From: a virus
Lineage: Duplodnaviria; Caudoviricetes
Strand: one strand, 5' to 3'
Virus record (IMG/VR): IMGVR_UViG_3300009167_000002
Span: 1 to 51,270 of that record
DNA: 51,270 nt
This document shows positions 9,579-20,102 of the stretch, one piece after another. How positions within the stretch are numbered: position 1 is the first letter of the stretch; each line of letters begins with the position of its first letter. The notes beneath the pieces are model-generated. The model worked only from the letters and a program-made list of their open reading frames with translations, did no database searches and was not told the origin of the DNA. Both the position numbers and the translations under genes were made by a program.

Positions 9579-10306
9579 TGTTAAGCGTAATACTACCAAA
9601 CTATCAGCATTTCAATATTACAAAGGCTCATGTAAGAGAAGCGATGAACTCAACTCTTATGCCTGATGAGATTATCGTGGTAAATGATGGAGGAGATGAA
9701 TCACTTAAAGATATTCTAAAGACTCTGGAGAAGAAAACCAAGATTATCTATGCCTATATTCTTCCACCCAAAATACCTTGGAATTACAATGGTGCTGTGA
9801 ACTTGGGAGTGTGGTTATCAAAAGGAGATTTCCTTGCGATTGAGGATAATGACAATATACCTACACCTACTCTTTATGAGGAAGTATTAAAGACATTTGA
9901 GGCCAATCCCAAAGCAGGGCGTTGTTATGGATTCAAAAGACTTGAGATTGCTTCAAGTGAGTTGGAAAAGCCATCAAGCGAGTGGAAGGTTACGGGAGGA
10001 AGAGGACCCAATCAGGGAAGTTACCTTATAAGAAGAGAGGTTTACACCATGCTTAAAGGACAGGATGAGAGAATGTGCGGAAGGTATGGTTGGATGTATT
10101 ATGACTGGAAGCACAGGCTTTTAGCTTACGCCAAGACAGAGTTCGTTCAGACAGGCAACTACTGGTATGTAACCGATGGACAGACAAATTTAGACAGACC
10201 TCACTCATCAGAGAATTACAGAGTTTACAGGGACAATGCCAGAAGCGGTCATGCACACAGCAGTTATGGAATTTTAAATTTTAAATATACTGTGGAGGAA
10301 ATCTAA
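9578..10306 (+). CDS. Glycosyltransferase family 2 with GT7-like C-terminal segment
   Basis: SVILP, EIIVVNDGG, NLGVWLSKGDFLAIEDND, KGQDERMCGRYG. Confidence 0.8.
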   Translation: MLSVILPNYQHFNITKAHVREAMNSTLMPDEIIVVNDGGDESLKDILKTLEKKTKIIYAYILPPKIPWNYNGAVNLGVWLSKGDFLAIEDNDNIPTPTLYEEVLKTFEANPKAGRCYGFKRLEIASSELEKPSSEWKVTGGRGPNQGSYLIRREVYTMLKGQDERMCGRYGWMYYDWKHRLLAYAKTEFVQTGNYWYVTDGQTNLDRPHSSENYRVYRDNARSGHAHSSYGILNFKYTVEEI

Positions 10307-11037
10307 TGGATTACGTATCTATAGTTATAGTAACTTATTCAAATGTAGACGACTTCGGAGAAGCACGTTCTAAAGGAATTGATTTAACTCGTTCCCAAAT
10401 GATGAAGATGTCCATTGAAAGTCTAAGAGATAACACCGATTATCCAGCAGAAATCATCCTTGTAGATAACGGAGGTAATCCAGATGACAGCGATTGGCTG
10501 GTACAAAAACAAAGAGAGGGAGTAATCAATGTCTACATCAGGAATAAGAATAATATGCACTTTGGGTATGCAAGGATGCAGGGGATTAAACTGGCAACAG
10601 GAAACTTTCTGGCAATCTGCGACAATGACATCTATTACAAACCCAACTGGCTATCAAAGACAATAGAACCTTTACTTAAATTCCCAGACAAAAAGTTTAT
10701 TGCCTCACCTTTCCTTACGCCAGAGAAGACTAAGGGTAAAAACCCAAGACCAGATTACGAGGGATATAGAGTTAATTCAATGGCTGGTTCAAACTGTATG
10801 GTTATGAGGAGAGAAGTGTTTACTGAGATTGGTGATTTCTCCACCAGTCATATAACAGGCTCACATTGGCATAGAAGAATGAATAAGTATGGTTACGTGG
10901 TGATTATTCCACCAGAAGATTATGCGACACATTTGGCATGGAGAAAGGGGTATGATTTAAAGAAGCAGATTAAGGTTAAAGAGATTCTCCTTAATGGAGA
11001 TGAGATAGATTATAGTTTTGAATACAGACATGGGTAA
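10306..11037 (+). CDS. Glycosyltransferase family 2 (paralog of 14013)
   Basis: EIILVDNG, GIKLATGNFLAICDND. Confidence 0.85.
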   Translation: MDYVSIVIVTYSNVDDFGEARSKGIDLTRSQMMKMSIESLRDNTDYPAEIILVDNGGNPDDSDWLVQKQREGVINVYIRNKNNMHFGYARMQGIKLATGNFLAICDNDIYYKPNWLSKTIEPLLKFPDKKFIASPFLTPEKTKGKNPRPDYEGYRVNSMAGSNCMVMRREVFTEIGDFSTSHITGSHWHRRMNKYGYVVIIPPEDYATHLAWRKGYDLKKQIKVKEILLNGDEIDYSFEYRHG

Positions 11038-11884
11038 AGTAATGGTTACAGGTTGTAGTGGGTTCATAGCCCACCATTTAATAAGGGCTTTAAGGTACAA
11101 AGGCTACCATATAACTGGAGTGGACAAAAGACCTATTTCATGGGAACACAGTAGACCCAACCAATTTATTCAAACTGATGTAAGGGATTTAGGATTTAGA
11201 GATTTAAACGGAATGGATTATATCTTTCACCTTGCCTTTAGTACAAACATACCAAACTCAATAAGACACCCGATAGAAACTACACGGGATAACATAGACA
11301 TGACCATTCACTTATTCGAGTATGCCAAAGATGCGGGAGTTGGCGGAATATTATTTCCTTCTACTGCTTCTCTTTATAGCCACAATCCCACTCCTTGGAC
11401 AGAGGATATGCCACCCATGCCGATTGAACCTTATTCATGGCAAAAATTATCATGCGAGTATGCTTGTAAGTTGTACCAGAACATAGCGATAGTAAGGTTG
11501 TTCCAAGTATTCGGTGAGTTCCAGAGAGAAGATACTGCACTTGCAGCTTTCCTTAAATCCAAGAGAGAGGGAAAGCCAATCACCCTTACGGAGACTACGG
11601 CCCAGTCAACCTTTAAGTCAGGACAAAGGGATTTTATTTACGCTGGTGATGTAGCTGAGGCCATGATTACTGTTATGGAGAATAAAGGCACGGGGATATA
11701 CAACGTCTGTTCTGGTAAGATAAATACAATGGAAGAGATTGTTAATGCTCTTGGAGCTGAGATAGTATGGATTCCGAGAAGAAGTTACGAAGTTGAAAGG
11801 CATCATGGAGATAACACCCTAATAAGAAAGATGGGATGGGAACCCAAAGTAGATGTAATATCATGGCTGAAGAACCAAATATAA
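11030..11884 (+). CDS. NAD-dependent nucleotide-sugar epimerase/dehydratase
   Basis: VTGCSGFIA, YSWQK (YxxxK), QRDFIYAGDVA, YNVCSG. Confidence 0.9.
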   Translation: MGKVMVTGCSGFIAHHLIRALRYKGYHITGVDKRPISWEHSRPNQFIQTDVRDLGFRDLNGMDYIFHLAFSTNIPNSIRHPIETTRDNIDMTIHLFEYAKDAGVGGILFPSTASLYSHNPTPWTEDMPPMPIEPYSWQKLSCEYACKLYQNIAIVRLFQVFGEFQREDTALAAFLKSKREGKPITLTETTAQSTFKSGQRDFIYAGDVAEAMITVMENKGTGIYNVCSGKINTMEEIVNALGAEIVWIPRRSYEVERHHGDNTLIRKMGWEPKVDVISWLKNQI

Positions 11885-13071
11885 AGTGCAGGATATGTGG
11901 TGGCACTAATTTTAAGGAAGTAATTAATTTTGGTGAATCTCCATTGGTTAACAGTTTAATTGAGCCAGAAGATATTGATAAAACTGAACCCACCTATCCT
12001 TTGATTGTACATCAATGTCAGGATTGTTTTCTTGTCCAGATAGTAAACCCGATAGATAACCACAAGATTTATCAGGAAGTGGATTATCTATACTTCTCAT
12101 CAGATATGCCAGGGCTTTTTGAATACTTCAGGACTTACGCAGATTATGTTCACAATTTATATTTAAAGCCTGGAGACTTTGTTTGCGAGATAGGCAGTAA
12201 TGACGGGATATGGCTTAAAAACTTTGTAAGATGGACACCAGTTCTAGGAGTAGAACCTGCAACCAATGTGGCACTGAGAGCAATTAAAAATGGTATTCCT
12301 ACAATCAACCAGTTCTTTACCGAGAGAGTAGCCAAGCAAATAGAGAGAGAGTATGGCAAGGCTAAGGTAATCATGGGAGCCAACTGTATTGCCCACCTAA
12401 ATGACTTACACGACATGATGAGAGGAGTAAAGGCTCTCTTAAAAGATGACGGTGTTTTCTCGGTTGAGTGTAATTACTGGGGAGGAATGGTAAAGAACGT
12501 AAACTACGCACTGATTTACCATGACCACTTTTCTTACTTTACGATAGGCGTGTGGAATACCTTCTTAAAAGAATATGGATTAAAAGTGTTTGATGCCGAG
12601 GTTACTCCAGCCCAAGGTGGCTCACTCAGAATGTATATAGGAAATTATCCAGTTACCGAGAGATGCCAGAATTTAATCAATGAAGAAGAATTAACGAAGC
12701 TAAACTGTTACCAGACTTGCGAGAAATATAAAAATGACTGTATGTCCAAGGCGAATGGATTAAAGGCTATTGTAGATAAACTCAAGGCTGAAGGAAAAAC
12801 GATTGCAGGATATGGTGCGGCAGCTAAAGGATTTTCTCTTTTGCAACTTGCAGGAATAACAAAAGAACTGGATTACTTTGTAGATGACAGCCCAGCTAAG
12901 CAGGGAAAGTTTACACCTGTAAACCATATACCAGTAATCTCAAGAGAACAGGCCAATGATAGATTGCCAGATTATTTTTTTATTACTGCACCCAACTACG
13001 CAGGAATTATAATGAAGAAAGAAAAACGCTCTGGTGTCAGATTTATACTTGAAGATGGCACAATTAAGTAA
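11863..13071 (+). CDS. NDP-hexose C-methyltransferase (Zn-binding N-terminus)
   Basis: CRICG, CQDCFLVQ, EIGSNDG, IYHDHFSYF, GGSLR, GYGAAAKG, DDSPAKQG. Confidence 0.9.
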   Translation: MAEEPNIKCRICGGTNFKEVINFGESPLVNSLIEPEDIDKTEPTYPLIVHQCQDCFLVQIVNPIDNHKIYQEVDYLYFSSDMPGLFEYFRTYADYVHNLYLKPGDFVCEIGSNDGIWLKNFVRWTPVLGVEPATNVALRAIKNGIPTINQFFTERVAKQIEREYGKAKVIMGANCIAHLNDLHDMMRGVKALLKDDGVFSVECNYWGGMVKNVNYALIYHDHFSYFTIGVWNTFLKEYGLKVFDAEVTPAQGGSLRMYIGNYPVTERCQNLINEEELTKLNCYQTCEKYKNDCMSKANGLKAIVDKLKAEGKTIAGYGAAAKGFSLLQLAGITKELDYFVDDSPAKQGKFTPVNHIPVISREQANDRLPDYFFITAPNYAGIIMKKEKRSGVRFILEDGTIK

Positions 13072-14026
13072 AATATCATTTAAAAGATTAAACTTTATGG
13101 AGGCTTATAAAGAAATTAAGCCTCTATTTGAAAGTGGTTTTATCGGATTGGGTGAGAAAGTGTTTGAATTTGAGAAAGAGTTGGCTAAATATGTAGGAGC
13201 CAAATATTGTGTGGCCGTTGACTCATGTACTTCTGCACTATTTTTGTCAATTAAATATGAGAATCCGATGGAAGTATCAATTCCCTCAATGACCGTTCCT
13301 TTGGTTGCCAATGCTTGTTTGGAGGCTGGTGCACAAATTAGATTTAATCATCAGACTAAATGGGTTGGTTCTGCTTACCAGATTTATGGAACAAATGTTT
13401 ACGATAGTGCCCATCAACTTGATAAGGGTCAATATGCCGAGTTATGTAAGGATAATCCATATGCCAAGTTATGTTTTTCTTTTTATCCAACTAAACTGAT
13501 AGGCAGTGCAGATGGTGGTGCTATTGTTACAAATAATGAAGAGTTTGCTGATTGGGTAAGGTCGGCCTCTACTTACGGAAGAAATCAAAAAGCGAAGTAT
13601 GCGAACTCTTGGGATTACGATGTGGTCATGGTTGGCTATAAAAGACATTATACAAACCTTCAGGCTGGTATATGCCTAGAACAATTACGTAGACTTGATG
13701 TAGTGAAATCTAAGCTGGGTTTCATACGAAAAGCACTAAATGATGCTCTTGGATATAACAATGTTTCAGACTATCTTTACAGAATCAAGGTAAACAAAAG
13801 AGATAAGTTTATTAAGTTTGCTGAAAAAAGGGGAATTGAATGCGGGGTTCATTTTAAACCGCTTCATTTAATGACTCCATTTTTGAATATTCCAATAGCA
13901 ATAACCGATAAGTTAAAGGTTGAAAATGATTATGCACATACAGTAAGTCTTCCTTTCTTTCCAGACATGACAAGTGATGAAATGGTACGCATTATAGATT
14001 GTGTAAAAGATTATGAAGCACTGTAA
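13055..14026 (+). CDS. DegT/DnrJ/EryC1/StrS sugar aminotransferase
   Basis: FEKELAKY, SCTSAL, DSAH, FSFYPTKLIGSADGGAIVTN, SLPFFP. Confidence 0.9.
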   Translation: MAQLSKISFKRLNFMEAYKEIKPLFESGFIGLGEKVFEFEKELAKYVGAKYCVAVDSCTSALFLSIKYENPMEVSIPSMTVPLVANACLEAGAQIRFNHQTKWVGSAYQIYGTNVYDSAHQLDKGQYAELCKDNPYAKLCFSFYPTKLIGSADGGAIVTNNEEFADWVRSASTYGRNQKAKYANSWDYDVVMVGYKRHYTNLQAGICLEQLRRLDVVKSKLGFIRKALNDALGYNNVSDYLYRIKVNKRDKFIKFAEKRGIECGVHFKPLHLMTPFLNIPIAITDKLKVENDYAHTVSLPFFPDMTSDEMVRIIDCVKDYEAL

Positions 14027-14762
14027 CATTGTTGTAGTCCACTATTCAAAGCCAGATGATACTGATTATGATTGGCAAAAGAGTAGTAAAGACCCAATAT
14101 TTAACAGGTCTAATTTACTCCGCAGATGTTTGGATAGTCTGGAAGCAAACACAGATTATCCTGCTGAACTGACAGTTGTAGACAATGGGGGAAATCCAGA
14201 TGATAGTGATTATCTTCTTGATAGAGTAAGGGAAGGACTTATAAATACCTATATAAGAAATAAGAACAATATGAACTTTGGCATCTCATGGAATATGGCA
14301 AAGAGAATGTCTTCATCGGCCTATCTTTGTTTAACCTGTAATGATTTATATTTCAAGCCTGGCTGGTTATCTAAAAGCATTGAACTGTTTGAAAAATATG
14401 ATAATGGAAAAACTTTTGTTACTCCCTATATATCAAATGATAAGAAAAGGGAAAGATATGTAACACTTCTTAAAGATGGAACGAAAGTTTGTCCATGTGC
14501 TGGCTCGAGTTGTTTAATAGGAACTAAGGCAATGTTTGATGATATTGGTGATTTTACAACTGCTAATAAAGCTGGTTCATTTTGGCATCAAGGGATGATT
14601 AAAAAGGGATATACTGTTTATGCTTGGCCAATAGACTATGCAGAAGATATGGGTATTCTTGGAGGACAAAATTATAATGCTGTAACTATTATTAAAAAGG
14701 TTTTAATGATTGGGGGAGAAATAGATTATACTTTTGAAAATACTGAAAGAAATTTTTACTGA
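14013..14762 (+). CDS. Glycosyltransferase family 2 (paralog of 10306)
   Basis: NTDYPAE...VDNGGNPDDSD...YIRNKNNMxFG shared with 10306. Confidence 0.82.
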   Translation: MKHCNIVVVHYSKPDDTDYDWQKSSKDPIFNRSNLLRRCLDSLEANTDYPAELTVVDNGGNPDDSDYLLDRVREGLINTYIRNKNNMNFGISWNMAKRMSSSAYLCLTCNDLYFKPGWLSKSIELFEKYDNGKTFVTPYISNDKKRERYVTLLKDGTKVCPCAGSSCLIGTKAMFDDIGDFTTANKAGSFWHQGMIKKGYTVYAWPIDYAEDMGILGGQNYNAVTIIKKVLMIGGEIDYTFENTERNFY

Positions 14763-15610
14763 TGGATACAGAAATTTACATACTACCAGTTAAAGAAGAA
14801 CCGCAACCAAGAATAAGACCATGGCCTAGACATAGTGTGGGATTTACCATGGAGATAGATTTTTATAACTTTCTTAAATCTAGCAACATAACAGTAGGAG
14901 TGCCAGAATTAGCCGACTGGCATTACCTACCGATAAACTGGTCTTATTGGCTACTCAATCACGACTATGGAAGGAATGGCAGAGAAGAAATGCAAAAATA
15001 TATAGATAGTGTAATTATTGATGATTCCAAAACTTTTACTGTAAGCGAAGCGGGTGGACTTCCTGCAAGTTTTAACATAGGAAGAATGTTGGTGTTCTCT
15101 GCCAACCAAATGACTAATGGAGAAACGCCAATTCCTTTAATGACATTGCCTCACAAGTTTCCAGAGGTTTTTCCAGACAAGAAATGGTTGGCATCTTTTG
15201 TCGGCTCAATGAACCACCCAATAAGAAAAGAGATGAAAGAGGTTTTAAAAGACAGGGGCGATGTTCTAATCATGGAAAGCAAAAAAGGAGAGGAGTTATT
15301 TGTAAATACCATTATGTCTTCTTACTCCAGTTTATGTCCGAGGGGTACTTCATATAGTTCCTACCGCTTCTATGAATCTATGCAGTTGGGGGTGGTGCCG
15401 ATTATGATAAGTGATGTGGATTTTAGACCGTTCCCCGAACATATTGAGTGGGATGCAATCAGTTATTGGGTGGATTCACCAGCTAAACTACCCGCACTTT
15501 TAAGTAATCTAAGTAGGAAACAACTTTTACGCAAGGGTTTGATTGCACAAGTGATATGGAATACATTAACCAATCATGGCTGGTGCAGAACATTACTTGA
15601 ATATTTATGA
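14762..15610 (+). CDS. Exostosin-family (GT47) glycosyltransferase
   Basis: ASFVGS, SLCPRG, RFYESMQLGVVPIMISD, PF...IEW. Confidence 0.8.
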   Translation: MDTEIYILPVKEEPQPRIRPWPRHSVGFTMEIDFYNFLKSSNITVGVPELADWHYLPINWSYWLLNHDYGRNGREEMQKYIDSVIIDDSKTFTVSEAGGLPASFNIGRMLVFSANQMTNGETPIPLMTLPHKFPEVFPDKKWLASFVGSMNHPIRKEMKEVLKDRGDVLIMESKKGEELFVNTIMSSYSSLCPRGTSYSSYRFYESMQLGVVPIMISDVDFRPFPEHIEWDAISYWVDSPAKLPALLSNLSRKQLLRKGLIAQVIWNTLTNHGWCRTLLEYL

Positions 15611-17358
15611 ACATTGAAGAAGATGTACAAAGGTCTGCTGTAAATCATGGTAAGAAACGCCAAGTTATCGTGGAACTTCTTAAAGGGCGTGGTTATAAAA
15701 CTGGAGTTGAAATTGGTGTTCAGTATGGACAGAGTTCAGAACTGTGGCTGGATAATAATGTCATTGATAAACTTTATGGTGTTGACCCCTACGATAGCAG
15801 TATCTATCCAATATCTCCATTGAAGGGACTTGATGAAGAAATCTATCAATATGTTCTAAAGAAGATGGAACGCTTTGGCGAAAGGTTTGAGTTAATTAGG
15901 AAGACCTCCAATGACGCACTACTTGATATTAAAGGATTGGTTGATTGCATTTACTTGGATGGGAGTAGGAGTAAATTGTCGGTTTATGATGATATGTCTT
16001 ATTGGTATACAAAGTTGAACGATGGTGGAATTATGCTAAGTGGGGATTATAACCATGTTAGTTATCCATGGACTACAAGACTATTAAAAAAGTATTTTAC
16101 CGATGTAAATGTAATAGACAATTACCTTTGGTGGGTTGAAAAGAAACCAAGACCAAATAAAAACAAAATTTCTGTAGTTACTCCATTTTACAATACGGGT
16201 GATTATGCCAATTCTTTAATTGATTATGTTCTAGCCGATGAAAGGATAGACGAAATGGTCATTGTTGATGATTGTTCAAAAAGAGAAGAATACGAGAGAT
16301 TGTTGGAAGTTGCTGGTAATCAATCAAAGATTAGGATTTACAGGAACGAGGAAAACTTGGGAGAATTTAAAAATAGAATTAAAGCTACTAAATTGACAAA
16401 GAATAATTGGGTAATCTTTCTTGATGGAGATAATTCATTAACCAAAGAGTATGTAGATGCAATTTGCAATAATCCTATTTGGAGAGAGAATGTTATTTAT
16501 TGTCCTACTTTTGGATTGAATAGAAAGATAGATTATAGAATGTTTTCTGGCGATTATATTGGTCTAAACAATGTAGAAAGTTATCTTGATGGTGAACACT
16601 CATATCATTTTAATATGTTTCTTGGAACGGGGAACTACTTTATGAATAAGAAGGCTTATCTTAAAACAGCGATACCTATAAGGGAGATTGATAAAAGACA
16701 ATACGGTGATTATTATTTTAGTGTAGAATGGATGAAGAACAACCTGATGTTTTTTGTGCCAGAAATGAGTTATATTCACAGGTTAAGACCGAACTCGGAA
16801 TGGATGGAGAATAAACATTTTATACAAAGGAAATATCACAAGGTTATGGAAAATTTTAGAAACTACAAAAATATAAAACTAAGAACTGATTATCACCCCA
16901 TGATGTCCGATAAAGAGATTGACTACATAGATAATCTTATAGAAGAATTGAAACCAGAAAAATGTCTTGAGTGGGGTTCTGGAATGTCTACAATTTATTT
17001 TCCAAGAAAACATAATTGCATTAAATTTTGGGAGTCCTACGAACATAGTCGTAAATGGTTTAGGCGTGTCGGTGGGTATATGGATAAAAGCAAAGTTTAT
17101 CTCCACATTGTTGATAGAGAAGGATATCTTAGTGCTAAAGGAAAATATGATTTAATTTTGGTAGACGGTGAATGGAGGAATGAATGCCTTGACCTTGCAA
17201 AGGATATGTTAAATCCTGGCGGAGTTATTCTTCTACATGATTCAGCACGACCAGATTATGATGAAGCGGTGGCAAAGTATGAACACAAGGAGATTGTTTT
17301 AAAAGGTGAACCAACTGGTGATACTGTCCATAGGGGAATAACAAAATTATGGGTTTAG
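15607..17358 (+). CDS. Trimodular fusion: methyltransferase - GT2 glycosyltransferase - methyltransferase
   Basis: N: GVEIGVQYGQS, IYLDG, SGDY; middle: ISVVTPFYN, IVDDCS, FLDGDN; C: LEWGSGMST, LILVDG, LLHD. Confidence 0.85.
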   Translation: MNIEEDVQRSAVNHGKKRQVIVELLKGRGYKTGVEIGVQYGQSSELWLDNNVIDKLYGVDPYDSSIYPISPLKGLDEEIYQYVLKKMERFGERFELIRKTSNDALLDIKGLVDCIYLDGSRSKLSVYDDMSYWYTKLNDGGIMLSGDYNHVSYPWTTRLLKKYFTDVNVIDNYLWWVEKKPRPNKNKISVVTPFYNTGDYANSLIDYVLADERIDEMVIVDDCSKREEYERLLEVAGNQSKIRIYRNEENLGEFKNRIKATKLTKNNWVIFLDGDNSLTKEYVDAICNNPIWRENVIYCPTFGLNRKIDYRMFSGDYIGLNNVESYLDGEHSYHFNMFLGTGNYFMNKKAYLKTAIPIREIDKRQYGDYYFSVEWMKNNLMFFVPEMSYIHRLRPNSEWMENKHFIQRKYHKVMENFRNYKNIKLRTDYHPMMSDKEIDYIDNLIEELKPEKCLEWGSGMSTIYFPRKHNCIKFWESYEHSRKWFRRVGGYMDKSKVYLHIVDREGYLSAKGKYDLILVDGEWRNECLDLAKDMLNPGGVILLHDSARPDYDEAVAKYEHKEIVLKGEPTGDTVHRGITKLWV

Positions 17359-17867
17359 ATTTATACAACGAGAAATATTTTACAGCATCTAAGGTATTTC
17401 AAAAAAATAAAACTAGAATTAAGTACGCTTTTGATTTGATAAAGAGTTATTCTCCAACAAGTGTATTGGATGTCGGATGCGGTATGGGGCCTTTAGTATG
17501 GAAATTAAACAAGAATCACATAAGGGCAATGGGTGTGGATTTTGCACTTGTTCTTAAAGAGAAATTTTGGAGTGGTCCTTATTTTGTTTGTGCCAATGCT
17601 AAGGCACTACCATTTCCTGACAAGTCTTTTGATTTGGTGTACTCCATGGACTTCTTTGAACACATAGAAGAGAAAGATGTACCCATTGTTTTGGGCGAGA
17701 TGAAGAGGGTGGGTAAAAGAATAGTTGCCGTGGTCGCAGATGATTTAGGAGGACAACCCAAAGGAAGAGCAAGACTATACCATTGTTGTCATAAACCGCT
17801 TGGTTGGTGGAAAGATAAACTATCTGAAGTAGATGTATATAGTGGACATGAATTTACAGAAACATGA
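17349..17867 (+). CDS. Class I SAM methyltransferase
   Basis: VLDVGCGMG, LPFPDKSFDLV, FFEHI. Confidence 0.88.
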   Translation: MGLDLYNEKYFTASKVFQKNKTRIKYAFDLIKSYSPTSVLDVGCGMGPLVWKLNKNHIRAMGVDFALVLKEKFWSGPYFVCANAKALPFPDKSFDLVYSMDFFEHIEEKDVPIVLGEMKRVGKRIVAVVADDLGGQPKGRARLYHCCHKPLGWWKDKLSEVDVYSGHEFTET

Positions 17868-18340
17868 CTAGCTTAAATATAGGTTGCGGAAAAAGAAAAT
17901 ATAGGGGTTATACAACGATAGACATAGATTCTGAAAACTTACCTGATATTGTCGGTGATTTCAGGACAATGGATTTTAAGGATGTTGATGAGATAAGAGC
18001 AGAACATCTATTAGAACATTTTGGCAGAGATGAAGGTATTCAGGTTTTAAAACTATGGCACAAATGGTTAAAAGATGGCGGACTTTTAATTGTAGAAACA
18101 CCAGACTTTGAGGGTATATGCAAGGATTTTGCAATGGATAAATATTGGATGACACGACATGCTTATGGTTCTCAGAATGCTGATTGGGCATACCATAGAG
18201 ATGGATGGTATGAGGAAAAGTTTAGGACATTGTTTCCGAATATAGGCTTTGAGATAATAAGCATAGTTAAAAACCATAGTAGAAAAATACTGCCTAATAT
18301 AAAGGTTATAGCAATAAAACATGGGATTCAACATAGCTAG
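17864..18340 (+). CDS. Methyltransferase-domain protein
   Basis: LNIGCG, HLLEHF, LKDGG...ETPD. Confidence 0.85.
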   Translation: MTSLNIGCGKRKYRGYTTIDIDSENLPDIVGDFRTMDFKDVDEIRAEHLLEHFGRDEGIQVLKLWHKWLKDGGLLIVETPDFEGICKDFAMDKYWMTRHAYGSQNADWAYHRDGWYEEKFRTLFPNIGFEIISIVKNHSRKILPNIKVIAIKHGIQHS

Positions 18341-18908
18341 TTTCAGACACTTTCATGGCCTTCTAGAAAGGCTTGGCATTGATAGAAAGAACTCTGTTGT
18401 GATTGAGTTTGGTGCACAGCAGAACTGGTATTCATCAAGAATATTCCCAAAGGCAAGCTACTTCCAAATTAACTTCAAGGATACCTATAAAGAGATTCAT
18501 ACCTTTGACATCAGGAAAGAACATGACCAGGTAGAACAGGTTGATTTAAGGAATGAGTTGGTTCTTCCTTACAAAGCCGACATCATTACCGACATGGGAA
18601 CGGCAGAACATATAGAGGGAGAGAAGGGATTGTATACGTTCTTCAAAAATTACCACAATGCCTGTAAGAAAGGTGGGTTAATGATTCATTGCATACCAGA
18701 AAAGGGTTCTTATGTGGGACACCCTGATGCTTTCTTCTGGTTCACTAAGGACTTCTTTAAGAAACTGGCTGTTGCTAATAATTATAAGGTACTTGAGTTA
18801 GAATCAATCGGTGTAGACTTGGGACATATGAACGTTTGGGTTGCCATGATTAAAGAAGAAGATAATCAGTTTATGGGTTATGATGATTTTTGGAATATAT
18901 GGGAGTAA
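18321..18908 (+). CDS. Methyltransferase-like protein
   Basis: IEFGAQ, DMGTAEHI, CKKGGLMIH. Confidence 0.75.
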   Translation: MGFNIASFRHFHGLLERLGIDRKNSVVIEFGAQQNWYSSRIFPKASYFQINFKDTYKEIHTFDIRKEHDQVEQVDLRNELVLPYKADIITDMGTAEHIEGEKGLYTFFKNYHNACKKGGLMIHCIPEKGSYVGHPDAFFWFTKDFFKKLAVANNYKVLELESIGVDLGHMNVWVAMIKEEDNQFMGYDDFWNIWE

Positions 18909-19597
18909 CTATCACATCTCACACCATTTGTAAGAACGGTCAGCCGTTTATTGACCTTGTTCTTAGACAGGCCCTACCTTATGTGAACAGGATGTTTATT
19001 ACCGTATCAGAAAAGAGCACGGATGGAACGATAGACATTGTAAGGAAATTAGAAAGTGAATTCAAAGACAAAGTAAGACTGGACTTTGAGAATGTTGCAA
19101 CACCAGGAGAACTCACGCAAGTAAGACAAACCCAATTAAACCATACCTATGAGGATTGGGTATGGTTCTTGGATGACGATGACTACTGGCCAATAAAGTC
19201 TATTGAGGAAGTAGTTGAGTTGCTGGATAAAGAGGGGGATGTTGACGGCTACTCCTTTACCCCTTTCCAGATGGTGGACCAGAAGCATTACGATTTGAGC
19301 TGGACAGATAAATCGTTTACAAAGTTCTTTAAGTATCAAGACGGAGTACACTACCGCCATCCATGGCCCAGAGATTTGATTTACAAGGGAGATAGTGTTC
19401 TTTATTGGAAGAAGAATAAAAGAGTACCGAGAGTTCCCATAAGATACTTGCATCTTTCTAATATCAAGGATAGTTCTTTTAGGGATGAAGAGTGGGCTAG
19501 TAAGTTTAAAAAAGATTATGGTGCTTTAATGGAATACCCCGAAGATATAATGGAGGAGGTATGGAAAATATATGATGCCAAGAATCCGCATAGATGA
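18899..19597 (+). CDS. Glycosyltransferase family 2-like
   Basis: ICKNGQPFI, STDGT, DWVWFLDDDD. Confidence 0.8.
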   Translation: MGVTITSHTICKNGQPFIDLVLRQALPYVNRMFITVSEKSTDGTIDIVRKLESEFKDKVRLDFENVATPGELTQVRQTQLNHTYEDWVWFLDDDDYWPIKSIEEVVELLDKEGDVDGYSFTPFQMVDQKHYDLSWTDKSFTKFFKYQDGVHYRHPWPRDLIYKGDSVLYWKKNKRVPRVPIRYLHLSNIKDSSFRDEEWASKFKKDYGALMEYPEDIMEEVWKIYDAKNPHR

Positions 19598-20102
19598 TGT
19601 CTTACAAACAAATTTATTTTCTTATTGGCAGTCTGTTTCATTACAGACAAGGTCGATGTTTGATTGGTTTAAAAATACTGTAAAAGGACATGAAGATTAT
19701 TCCTTTATTCTGGCGATGGTTGCTGAAGGAATTGATAAAGAGCCTGAATGGGTAGAATATATTAAAGACCATCCGCATTGGGAGGTACAGTGTCATGGTT
19801 GGAAACACAAGACTTATACTGGAATGGATGGAGAAGCCATAAAGAAAGAATTGGGTGATGCCAAACAAAAAATATACAAAAATTTTGGTGTTGTTGTAGA
19901 CAAATTTTACCCACCTAAGATGAAGTATAATGATATGACCAGAGAGGCCGCAAGACAGGTGGGAATGGTAGAAACAAGGGAGAGGTATACGATTGAACAT
20001 TTTTTAAAAGGTGAAGCGATTGGTGCAAAAGAAATGTATATACATTACTGGAATCCTAGACACATAGAAAGACTATGGCAAGTATTAGTAGGCGGTTCTT
20101 AA
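19572..20102 (+). CDS. Polysaccharide deacetylase (CE4/NodB-like)
   Basis: RIDD, EVQCHGWKH, FYPP. Confidence 0.8.
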   Translation: MMPRIRIDDVLQTNLFSYWQSVSLQTRSMFDWFKNTVKGHEDYSFILAMVAEGIDKEPEWVEYIKDHPHWEVQCHGWKHKTYTGMDGEAIKKELGDAKQKIYKNFGVVVDKFYPPKMKYNDMTREAARQVGMVETRERYTIEHFLKGEAIGAKEMYIHYWNPRHIERLWQVLVGGS

